A DNA stretch of 64,000 bases from IMG/VR virus record IMGVR_UViG_3300034120_003123; one strand, given 5' to 3'. The position numbers and the translations under genes were made by a program. Source of the DNA: an uncultured virus (IMG/VR IMGVR_UViG_3300034120_003123) (taxonomy: Duplodnaviria; Heunggongvirae; Uroviricota; Caudoviricetes). Below the pieces are notes generated by a model, which saw nothing but the letters and a program-made list of their open reading frames with translations, was not told where the DNA came from and searched no databases. This document shows, one piece after another, positions 57,048 to 64,000 of the stretch (position 1 is its first letter; every line of letters begins with the position of its first letter).

Positions 57048-58338
57048 AGTCTTGCTCCTTTACAAAACGCTTTGTGTCAAAGCCTAAGAAGCGCTCCCAC
57101 AACAAATCATGTTCTATTGGGTCAACTCCATATGTAATGCCTAGAGTCTTTAGTAAAAGGCTACCAAATCCAGAACCTCTGCCACATCCTGTAAGTATGC
57201 CCTTATTATTTGCATATTGTATATAGTCACGAACAATTAAAAAATAAGTTGCAAAGTCATAATTGTTGTTCATTTTAGCAATCTTTACATCTTCAAGCTC
57301 AAGTCTTAATCTGTCGATATGCTTTTGAGAATGATCTAAGTGCAACTGCTTTAGTCCGTCCCAAGCTAAATATTCCAAATAGTCATGAGGATCAGAAAAA
57401 TCATTTGGTAATGGGAACTTTGGCAGTCTCATACCTCCGAAGTTTTTTGATATATCCTTATGATCTATCTTATCAGCGACCTCAAGAGTATTGTATAAGG
57501 AATCTAAACGATTTTTAAAAATCTGAGCCATTTCCTCAGCGCTTTTTAGATAAAACTCATGATAAGGAAACTTTAATCTTTTTGGATCATGTATGCATCT
57601 TGAAGTACTCATGCACATGAGTACTTCATGACTTGCACCATCTTCTTTGTGAGAATAGTGAACATCATTGGTTGCTAATACTTTGCATCCTAGTGAATCT
57701 GAAAGTTTAAAAATATCTGGGATAATGTACCTTTCAGCATCTAATCCGTGATACATCACCTCAAAATAAAAATCTTCTCCAAATATATTTTTTAATATAG
57801 TTGCAACTTTTTTAGCCTGATCATATCTGCCATGCAGCAAATTATTATTTACCACAGAACTTAAACATGCAGTGCTGCATATAAGTCCTTCATGGTGCTT
57901 AGTTAATAAATCAAAATCAATTCTTGGGTCATTATAAAAACCCTCTGTCCAGCTTTTTTCTGAAAGCGTGCATAAATTCTGAAAGCCTTGCCAATTTTTT
58001 GCTATCAAAACAATGTGCCTGTTTCCTTTTCTTCCATCAGGTTGATCTTTTTTACTCTTTGCAAATCTATCTTTTGCAAGATAAAATTCACAACCTAAAA
58101 TAGGCTTGATCGGATCATATTCTATTTTTACACCATTCTTGTCAACTGACTTAGTGCATTCTTGAAAAAACTTAATTAAACCGCCGACATTACCGTGATC
58201 AGTTATTCCAAGAGACTTAAATCCCATTTTTCTAGCAAGTCTGGGAAACTCTGACATTTTATTCAAACCATCGAATGCACTAAATTCAGAATGATTGTGT
58301 AAATGAACAAAATTACTATTATTAATCTTCAGACTCAT
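57040..58338 (-). CDS. dnaE: DNA polymerase III alpha, N-terminal part (PHP domain through GRGS/ERFL)
   Basis: HLHNHSEFS..DG, ITDHG, KPILGCE, ATNDVHY, YFLIV, GRGSG, LWERFL; GGAGG Shine-Dalgarno before ATG 58338. Confidence 0.95.
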   Translation of the reverse strand: MSLKINNSNFVHLHNHSEFSAFDGLNKMSEFPRLARKMGFKSLGITDHGNVGGLIKFFQECTKSVDKNGVKIEYDPIKPILGCEFYLAKDRFAKSKKDQPDGRKGNRHIVLIAKNWQGFQNLCTLSEKSWTEGFYNDPRIDFDLLTKHHEGLICSTACLSSVVNNNLLHGRYDQAKKVATILKNIFGEDFYFEVMYHGLDAERYIIPDIFKLSDSLGCKVLATNDVHYSHKEDGASHEVLMCMSTSRCIHDPKRLKFPYHEFYLKSAEEMAQIFKNRLDSLYNTLEVADKIDHKDISKNFGGMRLPKFPLPNDFSDPHDYLEYLAWDGLKQLHLDHSQKHIDRLRLELEDVKIAKMNNNYDFATYFLIVRDYIQYANNKGILTGCGRGSGFGSLLLKTLGITYGVDPIEHDLLWERFLGFDTKRFVKEQDFV

Positions 58339-58570
58339 CTTCTTCCTCCGTAAGAGAACGACAGCTAAAACCTTCACAATCCTGAACTCCATATATATTG
58401 TTTGGAGTTACATAAGCTCGCACTGTTTTATTAATGCCAAAAACACTAATAGTAACATTTTGTATTGGGTTGCTACAATCAAAGCTATGACAATCAGTGC
58501 AAAGACTAATTTTCTTTAAGTCTTCTGTTTTTATTTTGTCAAGTCTTTCAAATCTGCATTTATATTCCAT
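58322..58570 (-). CDS. Small Cys-rich hypothetical protein
   Basis: CTDC...C...CEG spacing suggests metal binding. Confidence 0.65.
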   Translation of the reverse strand: MEYKCRFERLDKIKTEDLKKISLCTDCHSFDCSNPIQNVTISVFGINKTVRAYVTPNNIYGVQDCEGFSCRSLTEEEDESED

Positions 58571-58574
58571 ATAC

Positions 58575-59081
58575 TTAATCTGTTAAAGAGCTCATATCTA
58601 TGGCATTTGATAAAATCACGTCTGCCTGAGAATTATATAACCCACCTGGCATCGAGTTTGTACTGTTTTTTTCTATATCTTTTAAAAGATCTGAATAATC
58701 TCCAACATCATCTGACGATGATTGAGTCACACTTTCAATTTGCGATGGACCGTTAGCACCTTGATTATTGTTAAAAGTAATATTACTGTTACCACTAATT
58801 TTTAAATATCTTTCTGCTTCTTTGTTTCCTATTAAGTCTTCAAAAGAACTGCTATTTTTTACAACTGGTTTTGTAAAGTTTATTTTTGAATCTATGTAGT
58901 TAATTATTTCCCTTAAAGAATCTAAATCAGTCTTAATTAAATTTTTCTTATCAGAACGAATTTCTATTACATAATCATTGCTGGATTTGGTGACAGAAAT
59001 TTCAAGAGGATTTGAACCTACCTGAGAATTTTCTTGTTTAAATTTAAGTAAAAAACTTTCTTTTTGAGTTATAATAGCCAT
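58575..59081 (-). CDS. Hypothetical protein
   Basis: 168-aa ORF in tiling position. Confidence 0.65.
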   Translation of the reverse strand: MAIITQKESFLLKFKQENSQVGSNPLEISVTKSSNDYVIEIRSDKKNLIKTDLDSLREIINYIDSKINFTKPVVKNSSSFEDLIGNKEAERYLKISGNSNITFNNNQGANGPSQIESVTQSSSDDVGDYSDLLKDIEKNSTNSMPGGLYNSQADVILSNAIDMSSLTD

Positions 59082-59082
59082 C

Positions 59083-59511
59083 TTAATTTTTCCTTTTGTA
59101 CTTTTGATCTAAATAGTCACTGTCTATTAGGCCAGTTTCCCAGCAACGCTTCCAAAAATCTACGCTACTATCTATTTCGGATGGAGTTGCGGTCAACAAC
59201 TTCCAGCCTAACCATGAAATTGATTTTTTAATAAATCTAATATCATTTATATTATGAGCTTTCATGATTTGACCACCTGCGTCATATATTACCACTTTTC
59301 CATCATAATAAAAATTACATACACAAGTAAAAGAACCGACTGGATGATTCACGGTAAGACTAGATTGCAATGTCCATTTAAGAGCAAAAGGATCTACCTC
59401 ATTCATCTTTTTAACAACTCTAGAATATTGACCAAGACACTTTTCTATTAAAGAACTATCAAAGGATACTGAATAATCTTCTTCTTTATTTTTTATTTTC
59501 CATTGATCCAT
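59083..59511 (-). CDS. Hypothetical protein
   Basis: 142-aa ORF in tiling position. Confidence 0.65.
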   Translation of the reverse strand: MDQWKIKNKEEDYSVSFDSSLIEKCLGQYSRVVKKMNEVDPFALKWTLQSSLTVNHPVGSFTCVCNFYYDGKVVIYDAGGQIMKAHNINDIRFIKKSISWLGWKLLTATPSEIDSSVDFWKRCWETGLIDSDYLDQKYKRKN

Positions 59512-60020
59512 GAATGATTTTCTTTCATTGATTGTACATCGTTAGCCCAATAAGCAATGTCAATTTTTTTCCACTTGACATCAATGCTGTCAATGTGCTT
59601 TATTGCATTCATTTGTCTTAGTTTCCTAAAAGACAAGGTAGACTTGCATAACAACTCATCTATATCAACACTGGCGTATGATGGACTTTCAATATAAACA
59701 TCAAGATCATATTGATAAAAATACGGATCAACTTCTATGCCAGCTATCTCACCTAAAGACTTAACAGCCTCAGAACCACTACAATTATTAAGAGATTTTA
59801 CTAAATGAACTACATTACCGCCAGCTTTACAGCCATAGCAAAAATAATCATCTCCAGTATCTTTTTCATACACATAAAAACTTGGAGAATTATCCCCCTT
59901 ATGCAACGGACACTTATAAACTAATTTACCGCCATGAGATCTAGATGGATTGATACCTCTTTCTCTTAAGACATCTGCGATCCTGACTTTGCGCTTTAGC
60001 TTGTCAATATACTCTTTCAT
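59493..60020 (-). CDS. Stand-alone CHC2 zinc-finger protein (primase Zn-binding domain)
   Basis: CPLHKGDNSPSF...YFCYGCKAGGNV...EAVKSL; TAATG overlap with dnaB. Confidence 0.9.
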   Translation of the reverse strand: MKEYIDKLKRKVRIADVLRERGINPSRSHGGKLVYKCPLHKGDNSPSFYVYEKDTGDDYFCYGCKAGGNVVHLVKSLNNCSGSEAVKSLGEIAGIEVDPYFYQYDLDVYIESPSYASVDIDELLCKSTLSFRKLRQMNAIKHIDSIDVKWKKIDIAYWANDVQSMKENHSWINGK

Positions 60021-61474
60021 TAAGTCATCCACCCATAGTCATCTTCTGTAGCCTGCTCAGATTGCTGTGGCTTAGCGAATCCAGACATAGCATCAAGCTG
60101 CTTTTTAAACTCTTCATCGTTAACATCAAAAGAATAAGCAGTAGAGCTGTCTATCTTGCTGTATTCTGGATAGAAATCTAAAATAGCATAATTTTTACCA
60201 TCAAAAGTCTTTTTTCCATAACGAGCTTTGATACACCATAAAAGCATCTTTCTATTTGGCTCATCAGGAGACGGAGACTGCGCAAATATGTTGTCTGCAT
60301 CTGCAGAATATTCATGACTACCACGCAGGTCTTCGCTGCCAGGACTCTTAGACTGATCTTTATCCGTTTTAAGCTTCTTAATACCATCTCTTGTCATTTG
60401 GGCAGCACTCAATATCGCAAATCCATACTGTTTTCCAAATGCTCTTAGTTCTTTTAAGATGTCTCCAATTGCAAGCCAATTATCTACCTTGCCATCAGGT
60501 TTTATATTCGCAATATAATCAATAACAACCACATCTGGCTTAAAGTAATGCATTTTGCTTTCAATAGCTCTTTTTATTTCCTGAACTGTTGGTCTACTTT
60601 TTACATCAGCCCACACAAGCTTTTGCCTCATTGAAGCAAGTTCATCAGATCTTTTTCGTAAAATTTCCCAGTCTTTTTCCGTCATCAATTCTGGTCTAGC
60701 AAACTTTTCAAATTCAATTAAAGTTTCTCTTGATAAAAACTTTTTAAATATTTCTTCCCATGGCATTTCTAGCGGAAGGAATAGCACGTTACAATTTCTT
60801 TTCCATAAATTGTAAGCTATGTTAAGCATCATGGTGGACTTACCTCCACCAACGTCAGCAACAGTAAGGGTCAGCGTGCCAGGCCTAAATCCTACAGTCA
60901 TGCAGTCATCAATTTCCTTGATGCCACATACAATTCTTTTTTCAGGGTGATTGGCCTTAACATGCAGATCTTCTACGAATGAGGAAAAGTTTTCAACTGT
61001 ATCATGAAAACTAAAAGAATTACTAGCTCCAGTAGATAAGCATTTTCCAATACTGTCATGTAACGTATTTAATTTCTTAAAGAAATCTGGAGACCTGTCT
61101 GTCTTAATCTTGTCTAATTCAAATTTTAAAAATCTATAATAATAAAGATTTTGACATTCACTCACCAAAACATTCAAATCTTCCTTCTTAGTGCCCTCTA
61201 TCATTTCAATAGCAGAATATTCTGCTACTAATACTGCAGTCTTTTGAGGAGTATAGTTAAGATTAAATCTACAGAAATGCTCCAATTGCTCGGAAGTCAA
61301 ATTTTTATTCTTGTCTCTTGCCCAAATGCATGCCTTAAGAAGAGCTTGGTGAGATGGCTCAACAAATAGATTACTTGGCTCTTGAACAGTAGCAAGAACT
61401 TCTTCAACATTTTCTTTTGATTGTATCAAAAGAAATAACAACTTTACATGTGGATTTTCTGTATCTGCTTGCAT
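60020..61474 (-). CDS. dnaB: Replicative DNA helicase, DnaB-like
   Basis: ADVGGGKST, LEM, VVIDY, SAAQMTR, DLRGS...DAD, KARYG. Confidence 0.92.
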   Translation of the reverse strand: MQADTENPHVKLLFLLIQSKENVEEVLATVQEPSNLFVEPSHQALLKACIWARDKNKNLTSEQLEHFCRFNLNYTPQKTAVLVAEYSAIEMIEGTKKEDLNVLVSECQNLYYYRFLKFELDKIKTDRSPDFFKKLNTLHDSIGKCLSTGASNSFSFHDTVENFSSFVEDLHVKANHPEKRIVCGIKEIDDCMTVGFRPGTLTLTVADVGGGKSTMMLNIAYNLWKRNCNVLFLPLEMPWEEIFKKFLSRETLIEFEKFARPELMTEKDWEILRKRSDELASMRQKLVWADVKSRPTVQEIKRAIESKMHYFKPDVVVIDYIANIKPDGKVDNWLAIGDILKELRAFGKQYGFAILSAAQMTRDGIKKLKTDKDQSKSPGSEDLRGSHEYSADADNIFAQSPSPDEPNRKMLLWCIKARYGKKTFDGKNYAILDFYPEYSKIDSSTAYSFDVNDEEFKKQLDAMSGFAKPQQSEQATEDDYGWMT

Positions 61475-61475
61475 A

Positions 61476-62255
61476 TCAACCCAAAGAAACTACAAACGTA
61501 TTTGATTTATCGGATAGCATCTTCATCACATGGTTGCCAAGTGACTCTTCTGGATTGTTTATTTTAAAAGGGTCAAACTGTATAACCAATATAGATGGTA
61601 AATTTTCTCTCAACCTAACCGACATTATTTGATCTAATATATGCCCCTGCGATTGCCTACTAGACAAAAATAAATCGTCTATGCAAAGCCAGTCTGCATT
61701 AAAAGAATTAACCTGAGCATCAGCAGACCTTTTTGATATAATATCATCAACAATCTCAGCACAACTTTTAAACATGTAAGTGTATGCCTTATTGTCTTTA
61801 AACATTCTTCTCCAAATTGCTTCTTTCATGACTATAGAAGCAAGCATAGTTTTGCCTAACTTATTCTTATTGGCAGATTTACTTTCTCCGTGTATAATAA
61901 GATTAGTGCCTGAAGAAAATCTTTGATCCATAACAGAAGCTTTGTACAAGTCATACCTAGAAGCATCTGGCTTAACTAAAGAATCACCAAAACAATAATT
62001 CATGACTTTAGCTATAGCTGTAGCCACTACATGATTATCTACAGTTCTATTACCGTTTACATGACCGTTGAAAGAAGATATTTCTACGTCTACGTAACCA
62101 TGGGGTAGAGCACTGCTATGATAAGCCATGCACTCAGCCATTGATGAACAAATACAGCGAGCCGCAGGACACCTATTCTCAGCAGGCCTGTACACTCCAC
62201 ATTTTGCTCTCAATTCTGAAAGCTTTTTGTTATATACACTTTCTATTTCGGTCAT
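61476..62255 (-). CDS. DnaC/DnaI-like helicase loader (AAA+)
   Basis: Cys-rich N-terminus, IIHGE...LGKTMLA, LCIDDL, R..NLPSI; directly upstream of dnaB. Confidence 0.75.
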   Translation of the reverse strand: MTEIESVYNKKLSELRAKCGVYRPAENRCPAARCICSSMAECMAYHSSALPHGYVDVEISSFNGHVNGNRTVDNHVVATAIAKVMNYCFGDSLVKPDASRYDLYKASVMDQRFSSGTNLIIHGESKSANKNKLGKTMLASIVMKEAIWRRMFKDNKAYTYMFKSCAEIVDDIISKRSADAQVNSFNADWLCIDDLFLSSRQSQGHILDQIMSVRLRENLPSILVIQFDPFKINNPEESLGNHVMKMLSDKSNTFVVSLG

Positions 62256-62746
62256 TTTATAAACACAGTAATTTTATCGGGAGAATACTGAAACTCAATA
62301 TTTTCAGTGACAATACCAGCTTCGCTCAAGCAATTTACTATCATCTGCTTGAGTGGCTCAACATTAAACTTTTCTTTTTTTGTCTTAAACTTCACTCCAA
62401 AAAGAACAGAATATTTTTTGGAAACAAACTCTTTTAGCTTATTTACCTTAGTTTCAAGGTCATGCTTGCCAATATGGGCAGTTATAAAAAGCTCTTTCGT
62501 TTTGTGCGTGGAGGACTGTTTCTGCTTTGAAAGTTCATATTTGAACTTTCCAAAATCCATAATCTTGCAAGTTGGACGGTTTGAGTCAACAGAAACCTGA
62601 ACAAGGTCCAGCCCTGCATCTCGCGCCCTCCTAAGGGCATCATCAATATGTACAGAACCACAAGACCTTCCTGACTCATCAATCAGGTGCACAAAAGAAG
62701 CACGAATGTTGAAATTAACCGGGTATTTTTGAGCTAAGGAACTCAT
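62252..62746 (-). CDS. infC: Translation initiation factor IF-3
   Basis: VNFNIR...VHLIDESG, AL..A..AGLDLVQV, PTCKIMDFGKFKYE, KE...HIGKHDLETK. Confidence 0.93.
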   Translation of the reverse strand: MSSLAQKYPVNFNIRASFVHLIDESGRSCGSVHIDDALRRARDAGLDLVQVSVDSNRPTCKIMDFGKFKYELSKQKQSSTHKTKELFITAHIGKHDLETKVNKLKEFVSKKYSVLFGVKFKTKKEKFNVEPLKQMIVNCLSEAGIVTENIEFQYSPDKITVFIK

Positions 62747-63594
62747 TATCTTATCTTTACTCCTATAAAGTTTACGCCAGTTTTGTCTGTCAACGCAACA
62801 AACAAACGCTCAGGCGCTATTTTGTCAAAACGCTCACTATAAGGACCGTATTGCTCAGTTGTTTTCCTCAATACGCTATCCTTAATATTTCTTGTAGTTA
62901 CTAAATCTGCAACTGCTGCAGCAACATATTCCAAAGCATCTTCCCACGAAAACTTTTTAGAATAAAATAAGAATGCAAATGGAATTACAACTCCATAGCA
63001 TTTGACAAATTCTGCAGCGTCTCCCCTAAAATATAAGTCAAGTAAAGACTCATTTACTGGAAGTCTACTATCTTTATTTTTTACCTCAAGATTTTCAGAA
63101 GATGAAGAAGAAAAATGCATGATAAAAGATGCAACAACTTTTGGATGCACCATTTTTTTAATATTCCAACTTCTAGATCTAACAGTATCTTTTAACACTT
63201 GATTTTCAAAATACCAAGATATATATCGAGCCTTTAGCATCTTGACTTGGCATTCTGGAAAGTTGTTGACGCAGATTTCTTCAATAACATTCAAATACAT
63301 ATATCCATGAGCTGGAGGTATGTGCACGGAAGAAACAAATTTTTGAAAATAAAGATGCTTAACAAAATCTAAAAAGTCTTTCTTGTTCCATTCAATGATG
63401 TTTTTTGATCTAAATTCACCAGCAATACGCTCGTCAAGCCAATCTGAATTTGCTATTTTGAAAGTTTCTGAAGGAAAGAGGTCGGAATTTTCTTGAAAAG
63501 AAATTTGTTTTTTAATTTCAATAGATACCCCATCGACTTCTTCTTTTGCCTTCTTAACGGCGTCTTTAATGGCTAGCTTATTCATCCTACCCAT
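62746..63594 (-). CDS. Hypothetical protein
   Basis: 282-aa ORF in tiling position. Confidence 0.7.
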   Translation of the reverse strand: MGRMNKLAIKDAVKKAKEEVDGVSIEIKKQISFQENSDLFPSETFKIANSDWLDERIAGEFRSKNIIEWNKKDFLDFVKHLYFQKFVSSVHIPPAHGYMYLNVIEEICVNNFPECQVKMLKARYISWYFENQVLKDTVRSRSWNIKKMVHPKVVASFIMHFSSSSSENLEVKNKDSRLPVNESLLDLYFRGDAAEFVKCYGVVIPFAFLFYSKKFSWEDALEYVAAAVADLVTTRNIKDSVLRKTTEQYGPYSERFDKIAPERLFVALTDKTGVNFIGVKIR

Positions 63595-64000
63595 TACTAT
63601 CCATCTCTATGTCTGAGATTTCAAATTTTGGCTCAGTTTTGTACATTTTTCTTCTAGCCTGACTGTGCTTTCTCATGTATTTTATATCATCAAAAAAATC
63701 AATGATAATGGCATCTTTTTTACCCTCATAAGATCTGATTACCCTTCCTATTCTTTGTAAAGCTCTGGTTTGACTTTTTCCAGAACCAGCAAGAATTAAT
63801 GCACTAAGCGGTCTTACGTCTACGCCCTCATCAAATATTGAAGAGGCAATAATACACCTATGCTTTCCCTTCTTCATCATGCTAATTGCGTTTTGCCTAC
63901 TCTTACTGGCAATTGACCCATGTAAAAATATAGAATTAGGTATCATATCTTGAAGAATTTCGCCATGAGCGACATGTCTAACTAATATTAAAGTTTGGCG
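63587..64000 (-). CDS. Superfamily 2 (UvsW-like) helicase, C-terminal part; partial at the window edge
   Basis: Frame open to 64000; FLHG, IFDEGVDV, LQRIGRVIR, IIDFFD. Confidence 0.9.
   Translation of the reverse strand, partial: RQTLILVRHVAHGEILQDMIPNSIFLHGSIASKSRQNAISMMKKGKHRCIIASSIFDEGVDVRPLSALILAGSGKSQTRALQRIGRVIRSYEGKKDAIIIDFFDDIKYMRKHSQARRKMYKTEPKFEISDIEMDSNG

Noticed and set aside
56760..57100. Split intein at the DnaE junction, as in cyanobacterial DnaE
   Set aside because: No Cys/Ser-initiated block A after the N-extein and no HN-C/S motif before PDID
345..63202. Numerous short opposite-strand or nested ORFs in the supplied track
   Set aside because: They lie within longer motif-bearing genes and show no recognisable motifs
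1..64000. Stop-codon reassignment, as seen in some large phages
   Set aside because: Genes tile densely under the standard code, and TAA, TAG and TGA all occur as apparent true stops
30775..64000. Bacterial chromosome origin, suggested by dnaE, dnaN, dnaX, recA, infC and neuAB
   Set aside because: No ribosomal-protein context for infC (no rpmI/rplT), phage-type SSB, dNMP kinase and UvsW-like helicase, strongly divergent sequences and many orphan ORFs; capsid and terminase genes are not in the window, so phage origin remains an inference

Overview
AT-rich, gene-dense window from a large (jumbo-type) dsDNA bacteriophage, standard genetic code. Almost everything from 2234 onward is on the minus strand with overlapping stop/start codons. 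No rRNA, tRNA or CRISPR array was seen. (1) 1-2233 (+): probable AAA-ATPase C-terminus and a DUF2201-type HExxH/VWA protein. (2) 2685-28350 (-): three translationally coupled giant proteins (1936, 3947, 2671 aa), probably virion or adhesion proteins. They carry poly-Ser tracts, beta-propellers, a Hint domain lacking the terminal Asn and dockerin-like Ca-binding repeats of Phycisphaerae style. (3) 28350-64000 (-): a near-complete bacterial-type replication/recombination set (split DnaE, DnaN, DnaX, DnaB, DnaC-like loader, split DnaG, SSB, RecA, RuvC, UvrD, Cas4-like nuclease, dNMP kinase), host-control genes (SigH-like sigma, SpoVS, IF-3) and a six-gene nonulosonic (sialic) acid cassette (two Maf/DUF115-like proteins, NeuA, NeuB, KdsC-like phosphatase, GT4). 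Best candidate for an undescribed system: phage-encoded CMP-nonulosonate (KDN-like) synthesis plus Maf-type transferases, which may O-glycosylate the poly-Ser tracts of the phage's own giant proteins. All calls come from reading motifs by eye; no database search was run.
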